Shown here: positions 27,340 through 34,726 of the stretch, piece after piece
Layout of the letters: each line of letters begins with the position of its first letter
Position numbering within the stretch: position 1 is the first letter of the stretch
IMG/VR virus record: IMGVR_UViG_3300044729_001120
Coordinates: 1-55,421 of that record
Strand: one strand, 5' to 3'
From: a virus
Taxonomy: Duplodnaviria > Caudoviricetes
DNA: 55,421 nucleotides
Made by a program: the position numbers and the translations under genes
Notes under the pieces: generated by a model
What the model was told of the DNA's origin: nothing
Databases searched by the model: none
Seen by the model: only the letters and a program-made list of their open reading frames with translations

Positions 27340-27471
27340 TTGAGCAGGGACTTATTGCTGGATGATCGCCATCTATTGATGGCACTTAGTCCCATCCTTG
27401 ACAAGGCCCCCGGCCCCGTGACTGCGCACCCATTACTTGGTTAATGGTGGGCCGAGGGTTTCGTGCTCAGT
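27340..27471 (-). ncRNA. Candidate structured RNA between convergent transcription units
   Basis: Nested stems TGAGCA/TGCTCA, GGGACT/AGTCCC, GCCATC/GATGGC, CCTCGGCCC/GGGCCGGGG, CCATTA/TAATGG. Confidence 0.4.
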
Positions 27472-27482
27472 TTACCCCCAAG

Positions 27483-28202
27483 TTAAATTGCGTTTTCTTC
27501 GTCTTCCTCTTTAGGTTGAACTTCAAAGAATATAACCTCCACACTTCCATCCGGGAAGTGAACGATCTCGGTCGCCGCCCAGTCTGTCTTTTTTGCTTTT
27601 GTTATGTTGGGTAATAAACCCCGGTGCAATCGGTGCTTCATCCTCCGCATTGCTTTTATTTCGATCTGCCTAACGCGCTCTTGACTAACTCCTAGTATCT
27701 TCCCCACTTTACTTAGCGAGTGTACTTCGGGGTTGTCAGGATCAAAACCAAACCGGAGGCGCAATACTTTCTGTTCTCGGGGGGTCAACTGATCTAATGC
27801 TGCATACAAAAACTCTATTTTTTCCGCTTTTTCCGCTACATCATCCGCTAACAATAGGGTTTCCAGCGGGTCAACGGAGCCTTCCAAGAGATGCGTCGGC
27901 ATTAACTCGTCGCGATTGGCCTCAATGAACACCTTGTTCAAGGGCAGCGATTCCTCTAAATGCTGCGGGGGAAAGATATCTTCGGGGTTGCAGGTAAAAA
28001 ATTCGCACAGTTCTTTAGCGGCGGCATAGACGTCGCCTTTTTTTGTATACGCGGCTTTCTTCAGATTTAACATGCCCCCGATACGGGCGTGGCTTATACC
28101 CGTTGCCCTGCTTAAATCTGCAGCAGTTTCTAGCCCGTGCTGCTGCATCATGGTCAGCAGGTAGTTGTTCTGTACTTTAAGGGTGAGGCGGTAGTCTTTC
28201 AT
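27483..28202 (-). CDS. Transcriptional regulator: N-terminal XRE-like HTH plus C-terminal sigma70 region-4 domain
   Basis: AADLSRATGISHARIG; LDQLTPREQKVLRLRFG...SLSKVG..LGVSQERVRQIEIKAMRRMKH. Confidence 0.8.
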   Translation of the reverse strand: MKDYRLTLKVQNNYLLTMMQQHGLETAADLSRATGISHARIGGMLNLKKAAYTKKGDVYAAAKELCEFFTCNPEDIFPPQHLEESLPLNKVFIEANRDELMPTHLLEGSVDPLETLLLADDVAEKAEKIEFLYAALDQLTPREQKVLRLRFGFDPDNPEVHSLSKVGKILGVSQERVRQIEIKAMRRMKHRLHRGLLPNITKAKKTDWAATEIVHFPDGSVEVIFFEVQPKEEDEENAI

Positions 28203-28408
28203 GTCTTCCCCTCATTAAGCTTGCGCATGCGGGACTCGTTGATCCAGCTGCGCATGGGCACGTCGCTGAACTTTGAGTACCCGGTGGGCACGTCCGTTAT
28301 CTTGCCGCCCTTTGCCAGATAAGCTTTGATGTCCTGCGCGATCTTCGCGCCGGGGTCCTCTGGCAAGGGCTTGAGCTTGTCGTCCAAGTATGTTCGGTAT
28401 CGATTCAT
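28199..28408 (-). CDS. Small protein with a SutA-like RNAP-binding motif
   Basis: IAQDIKAYLAKGGKITDVPTG resembles the SutA (F/Y)L..GG.(I/V)..(V/I) motif. Confidence 0.55.
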   Translation of the reverse strand: MNRYRTYLDDKLKPLPEDPGAKIAQDIKAYLAKGGKITDVPTGYSKFSDVPMRSWINESRMRKLNEGKT

Positions 28409-28764
28409 TGTTCTTCCCTCGCCGGCCTGCTGCACCACGTTAGCTGTTTGATGTGCGGCCAGTAATCGGCGTGGGTGTTTGTGACTTCCACGGGCTGCAC
28501 ACCTATGTAATCAGAATCTTCGATCCTTATGACTTGTCGTTGTGTTTCGCAGTCGAGCGATGAGTCGATGACGGTATCGCCGAAACGCCAGTTGCGCCAG
28601 TCGTTCATGTCCTGCGCGGGTTCTGCTTCATCATCCAAAAACGGACTCAACTTGCCAAGCGTATACCCCATGTCTGCTAAGACCTCCCGCAGCTCTGCCT
28701 CAAGGTCAGGGATACATTGCGCTGTTTCGTGTGCGCGTTTTAGTGTGTTCAACAAGTCACTCAC
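28405..28764 (-). CDS. Hypothetical protein
   Basis: 119 aa, GTG start with GGAGGTGAGGA upstream. Confidence 0.65.
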   Translation of the reverse strand: MSDLLNTLKRAHETAQCIPDLEAELREVLADMGYTLGKLSPFLDDEAEPAQDMNDWRNWRFGDTVIDSSLDCETQRQVIRIEDSDYIGVQPVEVTNTHADYWPHIKQLTWCSRPAREEQ

Positions 28765-28880
28765 TCCTCACCTCCCTTGCTCGTTTTTTCTTCCACGCTA
28801 ATCCAGATTGGCTGGATGAAAAACAGGTAAGAGTATGCGACATAAACACCCGCGACAAACCCTATAAGTTGGTCAATCAT
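28761..28880 (-). CDS. Small single-TM protein (39 aa, absent from the ORF track)
   Basis: MIDQLIGFVAGVYVAYSYLFFIQPIWISVEEKTSKGGEE*; GGAGGTG RBS; coupled to both neighbours. Confidence 0.55.
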   Translation of the reverse strand: MIDQLIGFVAGVYVAYSYLFFIQPIWISVEEKTSKGGEE

Positions 28881-29073
28881 GCTCACCTCCTTTGCCTGCT
28901 CGCGGCAGCCAATTCGTAAAAATAAAATCAAATATGCCCGGAGACATTGTTAGCACGTGGTCAATGTGAGGGTCAGCGCATTCACATGCTTGAGACTTTG
29001 CAAACGTACCCGCCCTTGATGTGTACAAAACAAAGCATTTTTTACATCTATCCGTTGTTGTTGTCACCATCAC
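28873..29073 (-). CDS. Small Cys-containing hypothetical protein
   Basis: 66 aa, CKKC...CEC; GGAGGTG RBS. Confidence 0.55.
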   Translation of the reverse strand: MMVTTTTDRCKKCFVLYTSRAGTFAKSQACECADPHIDHVLTMSPGIFDFIFTNWLPRAGKGGEHD

Positions 29074-29264
29074 TCACCTCCCTTGCCTGCTGATATCAGC
29101 TCAGACTTTACAATCTCAAGGACGCCCACTGCTAACGCCAGCGGTATAGTGTCGGCGTGTTTATAAATGGCAGAATTTATTTCATCAGCTAGTTCGGCAG
29201 CTATATACGCATGTGATTTGCTGGCTATCGGCATAAACTTTATCGGGTCTGTTTTTCCCATCAC
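29070..29264 (-). CDS. Hypothetical protein
   Basis: 64 aa, GGAGGTG RBS. Confidence 0.6.
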   Translation of the reverse strand: MMGKTDPIKFMPIASKSHAYIAAELADEINSAIYKHADTIPLALAVGVLEIVKSELISAGKGGE

Positions 29265-29551
29265 TCACCTCCCTCAGTTACCCACTCGCCCCTGAGTACA
29301 CAGACTCGCATAGGCATCATTGTTTTTGTAGCTGCGTTGTATGTAAGTCGGGACTCGTACTCCACGCACGGGTTTTCTTGTTCGTACTCAGCCAATCCAT
29401 TTATAACCAACGCCAACATCACAACGGCAACACCTCCGTATACCCATGCGCGTAAGTCACCCGACCCGTTTTCTGCAAACCAAATCACGCTTTTACCCGC
29501 CGCAATAAACCACAAAATTACAAAAAGTATTCCTCCTATGATTTCGATCAT
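29261..29551 (-). CDS. Two-TM membrane protein
   Basis: MIEIIGGILFVILWFIAAG...; AGGAGG RBS. Confidence 0.6.
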   Translation of the reverse strand: MIEIIGGILFVILWFIAAGKSVIWFAENGSGDLRAWVYGGVAVVMLALVINGLAEYEQENPCVEYESRLTYNAATKTMMPMRVCVLRGEWVTEGGE

Positions 29552-29609
29552 CTCGCCCTCCTGCACTCAATGCGGTGCAGCAAATAAGTTATGTAATGTT
29601 GGTTGTGTT

Positions 29610-29828
29610 TCATCGCCCGTGCCCCTCTGGCTGCTCTACCCTGTCTCTTTCGTACCACATCTTGGCTGGTTCGTAGATAGAGAGAAAGTGCATTACATCG
29701 CTGTCAGTTAAGCAGGCAGTGGCTGAATAGAACGCCTGCTGATTCAGGCCGCACCTACGTAGCTGATCGGCAATTTGATGCTCGTCAATCTCTAACCCGC
29801 GCTCATCCCTTATAATGCGCTTGCTCAT
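29610..29828 (-). CDS. Hypothetical protein
   Basis: MSKRIIRDERG...EQPEGHGR*; start overlaps the upstream stop (ATGA). Confidence 0.55.
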   Translation of the reverse strand: MSKRIIRDERGLEIDEHQIADQLRRCGLNQQAFYSATACLTDSDVMHFLSIYEPAKMWYERDRVEQPEGHGR

Positions 29829-29983
29829 CGCCCATGCCCCTGAGGCTTCGGCTCTTCGCCGTATGATGCTTCCATCGCGTGGCGTACCTCGGCTATCTCC
29901 CGCTGCTGCATGATCCAAACAACTGCGACGATGCACAGCACCAGCACAAGGATCGAACCCATAATCTTGTCGTCATTTCTCAT
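29825..29983 (-). CDS. Small single-TM protein (52 aa, absent from the ORF track)
   Basis: MRNDDKIMGSILVLVLCIVAVVWIMQQREIAEVRHAMEASYGEEPKPQGHGR*; GGAG RBS. Confidence 0.55.
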   Translation of the reverse strand: MRNDDKIMGSILVLVLCIVAVVWIMQQREIAEVRHAMEASYGEEPKPQGHGR

Positions 29984-30119
29984 GATTGTTCTCCATCTTG
30001 AGCAGGGCTTGTAGGAACCTGATTGCGTTTTCTATATCAGCTCTGGGGTTGGCGCTTTGCCCTGCGTACTTCGTTACAGCGACATTTCCTGCACGGTATG
30101 AGCACTCTATTTCGCTCAT
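29973..30119 (-). CDS. Hypothetical protein (48 aa, absent from the ORF track)
   Basis: MSEIECSYRAGNVAVTKYAGQSANPRADIENAIRFLQALLKMENNHEK*; TGATG coupling. Confidence 0.45.
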   Translation of the reverse strand: MSEIECSYRAGNVAVTKYAGQSANPRADIENAIRFLQALLKMENNHEK

Positions 30120-30286
30120 CACTTCCCCCTCGCAGCCACTGCCGCTTCTGCCAATTTGCGATCAAATTTTTCTCTGTTTGCACGGTACCAGTAGCTCACT
30201 GTCCCGGCGCTGACGCCGTGATGCCGCGCCAGAGCCTTTGCCCGGATGCCCACGCGCTTGCAGTGGGCGGATGCGCTGTCAGTCAT
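30119..30286 (-). CDS. Small HTH protein (55 aa, absent from the ORF track)
   Basis: MTDSASAHCKRVGIRAKALARHHGVSAGTVSYWYRANREKFDRKLAEAAVAARGK*; LA...GVS..TV..W HTH pattern. Confidence 0.6.
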   Translation of the reverse strand: MTDSASAHCKRVGIRAKALARHHGVSAGTVSYWYRANREKFDRKLAEAAVAARGK

Positions 30287-30467
30287 CTGGATGCTCCACG
30301 CGCGCGATGCGATCAGGGCGGAACCAGATGGAGGACTTCATGAGTACCGTGTGCAGTCTGTTGCGCTTATCGATCCACCAGAACGAGTCGTCCGGGGCAT
30401 TGACGAAATCAGGGTTGCTTATCTCCCCTTCATCGTCGTATTGGCATTCGATCCACTTAGTAGTCAT
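30279..30467 (-). CDS. Hypothetical protein
   Basis: MTTKWIECQYDD...; GGAGGAG RBS. Confidence 0.55.
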   Translation of the reverse strand: MTTKWIECQYDDEGEISNPDFVNAPDDSFWWIDKRNRLHTVLMKSSIWFRPDRIARVEHPDD

Positions 30468-30723
30468 TCTGCATCTCCTCCAGCTCCGCGCTCCACAGCT
30501 CGGTGGCCTCGACGTCGGCTTCGCGCACCAGCTCATCGCTGCCCTGCCACTTCGCGTAGGGGACTTCTGTGCCGTCCTCGTCGATCATCACGCTAACGAT
30601 CCGACCGTGTAGGTACGTGAACAGGGTGTCGCCGACAACGACATCGCCCGAATACTCATGCTCCTCCGGATCTTCTTCTGGGAGCATGGCGTCGTAACGC
30701 GCTTGCGCCCTAGTGAAGCTCAT
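30457..30723 (-). CDS. Acidic hypothetical protein
   Basis: MSFTRAQARYDAMLPEED... Confidence 0.6.
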   Translation of the reverse strand: MSFTRAQARYDAMLPEEDPEEHEYSGDVVVGDTLFTYLHGRIVSVMIDEDGTEVPYAKWQGSDELVREADVEATELWSAELEEMQNDY

Positions 30724-30958
30724 CTTTATTTTCCCCGGATTCAAGCTCTGCCTGCATCTGCGCCTTAATCGCATCAGTCACCATCTCTGACGGCACACCT
30801 ATATGCGCAGCTAATGACGCAATTATTCTTGTCATCGCGCTCATAACGACAGCCAATTTCTCCGGCTCCTTCTGGCCGTCGTGGTTGTCCATATACTCGT
30901 CCACAGTACGAACTATTTTTAGGATCACCATCCGTATTTGCTTATCGCTGATAGTCAT
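30710..30958 (-). CDS. Hypothetical protein
   Basis: 82 aa, AGGAG RBS. Confidence 0.6.
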   Translation of the reverse strand: MTISDKQIRMVILKIVRTVDEYMDNHDGQKEPEKLAVVMSAMTRIIASLAAHIGVPSEMVTDAIKAQMQAELESGENKDELH

Positions 30959-31139
30959 TGCTCTTCTCCTGCAAGCATAAATGCGCCCGGTTGTTGTAGT
31001 CAGGCCAGCCCAGTTCGCCGGCAGAGGATGTCCACAGCGCGACCATCTCGCAGTGATGCTTGAGCACTGCTGCGTCTAGGTCTTGATCAGTTGACGGCTG
31101 GCAGGCAGCCAACGCAAACAAAATTAGAAGGACTCTCAT
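30942..31139 (-). CDS. Putative lipoprotein
   Basis: MRVLLILFALAAC lipobox; GGAGG RBS. Confidence 0.55.
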   Translation of the reverse strand: MRVLLILFALAACQPSTDQDLDAAVLKHHCEMVALWTSSAGELGWPDYNNRAHLCLQEKSNDYQR

Positions 31140-31351
31140 ACCTGCCTCCAAATTCGGATGCCGTCACCTTCACGGCGCGCGATAAACTTTTTGTTGTGGC
31201 GGTCGCCACAAGACTTGGCTGCACGGTAGGCTCGGCCATTGAGCGCCTCGCCCGGATAGGCCACAGACTCTCCGACCTCCATGTCGGCAAATGGATACTT
31301 GGTTGCCCGCTCCCCGCGAGGGATGGGGATGTCTTTAACGATCTCGGTCAT
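31136..31351 (-). CDS. Small putative DNA-binding protein
   Basis: KDIPIP...KYPF.DM.VG.S...GIRIWR, a widespread phage family; AGGAGG RBS. Confidence 0.65.
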   Translation of the reverse strand: MTEIVKDIPIPRGERATKYPFADMEVGESVAYPGEALNGRAYRAAKSCGDRHNKKFIARREGDGIRIWRQV

Positions 31352-31422
31352 GCTGTACCTCCTTTGACTATTAGAGGAATTATTATATTTATTATATGCA
31401 CAAAAGAAAACATTTATTTACT

Positions 31423-31746
31423 TTAATCTGACAGATTTGTGACGCGATCCGAATATATGCCGCCCTCAGCATACGTCTCTGCGATTGCAGCTGCGCGCTC
31501 TGGATCTGACAGCGCCAGCACTTTGCAGTACTCTCGCACGACCAGAGCGCCGGCCAGTCGCATGAGCGGCGTCTCGTAGTAGTCCGCCAGCTCGCGCAAC
31601 ATGTAGTAGTGCTCTGGCCGCATAATCACAGCTGTCGCATTACGCTTTACGAAGTTGACCCCGAGCCGAGGACCGGGCTTCCTGCTCAGTGCTCGTTTCT
31701 TTCTTGGCTTTTTTACGGGGGCGTCAATATCAGTTGTCGTGGTCAT
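31423..31746 (-). CDS. Hypothetical basic protein, possibly DNA-binding
   Basis: 107 aa, ATGA overlap with terS. Confidence 0.55.
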   Translation of the reverse strand: MTTTTDIDAPVKKPRKKRALSRKPGPRLGVNFVKRNATAVIMRPEHYYMLRELADYYETPLMRLAGALVVREYCKVLALSDPERAAAIAETYAEGGIYSDRVTNLSD

Positions 31747-32399
31747 TTCTGCTGCTCCGGATCAGGTTCGTACTCTTCGTCGTACTCTTCGTCGTACTCC
31801 TCATCAACAATATCCTCAGCGATCTCTTCCACAATGGGCGTGACATCGATTACCTGCGCGGGGTCGCCGTACATCGCCTTGATCTCCTCCAGCTTCTTTC
31901 GCACTTCATCTGCGCTCATGGTGTCGATGGTCCCGTGGCGGATCTCTTTGCGCTCGACGTAGATCGTTCCCAACGCCTGACCACGGCGGTACTCTGCCTG
32001 TACTGCCGCACTGTAATTGCCGGCCTCCAGCGCCTTGTCGCGGATGATCTGTAGATCCCTCATGTGCCGCTCTATCGTCGTGCCATACCTCTCAGCAACG
32101 TCCTGCCGGTATCGCTGAATGGCAGCGACTATGTGGGGATTGAGTTTTGCACTTGTCAGGTTATAGCCCATAGCCGCCGCAGACCCTTTCGAGTAGCCGG
32201 CGGCCAAGGCTGCTTGAGTCAGAGTCACCTGCCCGTCGCCATCGACCAGCTCCTGAATAAACTTCCACTGCTGCGGTGTTACCGGGCGCGTCTGGTCCTC
32301 AAGCGGCGCTACTGGTGCTTTGAGGCGCTCATTGAGCTTGTTCCGGCGCACCGGTGACTGGTTAAACAGTGTTGCCATGCGACCTTTTTGGACGGTCAT
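31743..32399 (-). CDS. terS: Terminase small subunit
   Basis: TPQQWKFIQE...TQAALAAGYS..SA...YNL...NPHIVAAI HTH, RD.ALE.G.YSAAVQAE; acidic tail. Confidence 0.75.
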   Translation of the reverse strand: MTVQKGRMATLFNQSPVRRNKLNERLKAPVAPLEDQTRPVTPQQWKFIQELVDGDGQVTLTQAALAAGYSKGSAAAMGYNLTSAKLNPHIVAAIQRYRQDVAERYGTTIERHMRDLQIIRDKALEAGNYSAAVQAEYRRGQALGTIYVERKEIRHGTIDTMSADEVRKKLEEIKAMYGDPAQVIDVTPIVEEIAEDIVDEEYDEEYDEEYEPDPEQQK

Positions 32400-32418
32400 A
32401 TACGATCCTCAGCTTAGT

Positions 32419-32796
32419 TTAAAACGGAATATCTGCGTCTAAGTCGTACATTGCCGGGGCAGGGTTAGTGCGACGTGTTGATGGTGCTGAGGCGCTATCC
32501 TCCCGCTTTCCACCGATCAGGCTGATCGATGACACACGACAGGTTAGGTAGGTTTTACCCTCATGCTCACGTGTGCTGAGTTCGCCACTAACCGCTACCT
32601 GCGCGCCCTTAGTCAGGTACTGAGGCAACTTACTTTCTGCCTGCTTGCCCCACAGCGCGCAGTCAAGCCACAGCGTTTGTTCTTTATCGCCATAACCGGA
32701 CTTAACTGCCACGGTAAAATTGCACACTGCAGTACCGCCTTGATTGCCGCTCCTGCAATCCTTGCCCAAGTTGCCTGTAAATGTGAATACGTTCAT
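32419..32796 (-). CDS. ssb: Single-stranded DNA-binding protein
   Basis: GNLGKD, NFTVAV, YLTKG.QV.VSG.L, C-terminal DADIPF. Confidence 0.92.
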   Translation of the reverse strand: MNVFTFTGNLGKDCRSGNQGGTAVCNFTVAVKSGYGDKEQTLWLDCALWGKQAESKLPQYLTKGAQVAVSGELSTREHEGKTYLTCRVSSISLIGGKREDSASAPSTRRTNPAPAMYDLDADIPF

Positions 32797-32798
32797 TT

Positions 32799-33008
32799 TT
32801 ATTCTCCTTCAATCAAATCAATTAGGGTAATCACTGCTGATGCAGCCTCAAAAAACAGTTCATCTGCTTTGTTCATCGCATACTCTGGGTCACCTTCACC
32901 AAGCTTGCCAAGGTTTTCCAAAATGCTGCGATCAATAGACCCCTGCATAATTATTGCCGCCATATCTTCGAGTTCGTCACATATTGCTCTAAGCCTGTTG
33001 ATCATCAA
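32799..33008 (-). CDS. Hypothetical acidic protein
   Basis: 69 aa, coupled in operon. Confidence 0.6.
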   Translation of the reverse strand: MMINRLRAICDELEDMAAIIMQGSIDRSILENLGKLGEGDPEYAMNKADELFFEAASAVITLIDLIEGE

Positions 33009-33604
33009 AACACCTCGCCATCTTCTTCATCATGGGTCACTTCAACAGGTGCAGCAGCCTCGAGCTGTGCGAGTTGTTCCGGCGTGAGTTGTCCGGTTTT
33101 CTGGCACTGCGCAACTATCTGCTGCAGAGTCATCTTGCCCTCTGCCATTGCCTTTACCATTGCAGGCAGGGAACTCTCAAACTTGTCAGCCGGGTACGCT
33201 TTAGATTGCACCTTAAGCAGCGGGACGTGGTACGACTCGCGCTTAGTCTTACTGATTGTTAACGCGCAGCTCAGGCCAGCTGCTGGAATGTCTGACAAAG
33301 CTTTAACGCGGATGCCACCGACTTCTTTTCCAGCATAAATTACGGACGGCTCAAACATCAGCTGAGCTGATTTCCCAATCCATGCGTCTGAGTCTCGACC
33401 CCAAGCTGCAGCTAAAATGCGGCGCATACCTTTGGACGGCTTCCAAGGGCGGTTGTTGTCACCGTCAAAAAAAATCCAGACGGGCTGTTCTGCTGATTCC
33501 TTTAATTGAACATCCCGCACACGTATCACTGGCTCTGCCCCGAAGATATCGGTTGCGTTAAGCTGATCGCTTTTTGCTTCAAGTGTTGCGCTTATATCTG
33601 CCAT
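33005..33604 (-). CDS. Conserved phage protein beside the RecE-like nuclease; candidate single-strand annealing/recombination factor
   Basis: MADISATLEAKSDQLNA.D...PWKPSKGMRRIL...GGIRV; sits between exonuclease and ssb; function inferred from position. Confidence 0.55.
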   Translation of the reverse strand: MADISATLEAKSDQLNATDIFGAEPVIRVRDVQLKESAEQPVWIFFDGDNNRPWKPSKGMRRILAAAWGRDSDAWIGKSAQLMFEPSVIYAGKEVGGIRVKALSDIPAAGLSCALTISKTKRESYHVPLLKVQSKAYPADKFESSLPAMVKAMAEGKMTLQQIVAQCQKTGQLTPEQLAQLEAAAPVEVTHDEEDGEVF

Positions 33605-33605
33605 T

Positions 33606-34454
33606 TTAGTATATGCCCTCATCATTGTTATCAAGTGCCGCCAGCACAAACTCTGGCAGCGTTACTACGCCTGTCCCGCTATATGATTCCCAGCTGTTGT
33701 TTTTGAGTGACTTCGCATACGACTCCAACGCCTTCCGGTACAACTTGTGCCCGTACTGCAGCGCCAGCGGGTCAATGTCGTACAGCACGTTAGCGCAAGG
33801 CGGCTGCTCCTCAACTGCCAACAGCTTGAACGATTGCAACGGCTTGCCAAAAACCAGTTCATACACGTGCGAATACATGGCCGCTTGCACATGGTAATTA
33901 TAGTTGTGCAGGCTGCGACTGAAGGCCAGCTCACGGCAGTCCTGAGTCTTTTTAAGGTCAATGCAAACGCCTTCATCAGTGAGCCAGTCAAAGCGGCACC
34001 GCATGTAAACACCTGTCTCAGGATCAATCACAAACGCTGATAGCTCGGCATGGCCTGCTTGTGTCAGCAGACTGTTCGCCGGGCTGTTGGACCGGATAGA
34101 CTCGGCCATCACACTGACCGCTGCCCCTTCAGTTTCCGTAAGTGCTTTGTCGCCGCCATAAATCTTCGCGGCATCCTTGTAGGCGCTAACCCGGCGATCA
34201 TCACATCCAGTGACAACGACGTACTCAGCTGCGTAACGATCAGGCTCGAGCAGGGCAGCGTGGAAGGCTGTGCCGATCTCCATAGCCCGTGAGCTGCTCG
34301 GTTTCGGCGCATGGTAATAGTGCGCAGGACTGCGCGCGACCAGCGACAGGCCGCTGTTACTGATGCTTTCGTGTAGATGGTAATCAGCGTTTGGCATGCC
34401 GGAGACCAATGCTGGGTAGGTGCCATCCCAATCTAAATACGGTGTAATTTTCAT
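33606..34454 (-). CDS. PD-(D/E)XK exonuclease VIII (RecE / DUF3799)-like
   Basis: YH...ISNSGL..SPAHY, IGTAFHAALLEP, RCRFDWL...IDLKKT, YHVQAAMY. Confidence 0.85.
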   Translation of the reverse strand: MKITPYLDWDGTYPALVSGMPNADYHLHESISNSGLSLVARSPAHYYHAPKPSSSRAMEIGTAFHAALLEPDRYAAEYVVVTGCDDRRVSAYKDAAKIYGGDKALTETEGAAVSVMAESIRSNSPANSLLTQAGHAELSAFVIDPETGVYMRCRFDWLTDEGVCIDLKKTQDCRELAFSRSLHNYNYHVQAAMYSHVYELVFGKPLQSFKLLAVEEQPPCANVLYDIDPLALQYGHKLYRKALESYAKSLKNNSWESYSGTGVVTLPEFVLAALDNNDEGIY

Positions 34455-34474
34455 AATCCCTCCAATTAACGGTA

Positions 34475-34509
34475 TTGAAAACATTAACGCAGGCGTGTAA
34501 TCTTGTCAA
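34475..34509. promoter_or_regulatory. Overlapping divergent sigma70 promoters
   Basis: Rightward TTGAAA-17-TAATCT (34475-34503); leftward TTGACA-17-TAATGT (34509-34481). Confidence 0.6.
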
Positions 34510-34543
34510 CTCAGGTGCAAATATTTTTACGGGAGTGATAATT

Positions 34544-34726
34544 ATGATGACCCCTGACGAGGTCAGGAGTGCCTTGCAAGATCGCAATCTACAAAAGGTT
34601 GCGGAAGGATCCAAGGTTGCCCCTGCAACAATCTATCGGTTTATGAACACGGCCAGCCGACCAACTTACGAAACAGTGAAGGCGCTATCTGATTATCTGG
34701 AGAGCCGTAATGATAAGCCTGCGTGA
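34544..34726 (+). CDS. Cro-like HTH regulator
   Basis: MMTPDEVRSALQDRNLQKVAEGSKVAPATIYRF...PTYETVKALSDYL; GGGAG RBS. Confidence 0.8.
   Translation: MMTPDEVRSALQDRNLQKVAEGSKVAPATIYRFMNTASRPTYETVKALSDYLESRNDKPA

Noticed and set aside
27340-27471. tRNA or hammerhead ribozyme
   Set aside because: No GTTCRA T-loop or cloverleaf, and no CUGANGA...GAAA core in the right geometry.
29986-30612. Plus-strand ORFs listed over 29986-30612
   Set aside because: The minus strand carries a continuous chain of RBS-bearing, stop/start-coupled small ORFs here, which explains the region better.
31768-31803. 12-bp tandem repeat in terS (EEYD units)
   Set aside because: Simple acidic-tail expansion with no sign of an independent function.
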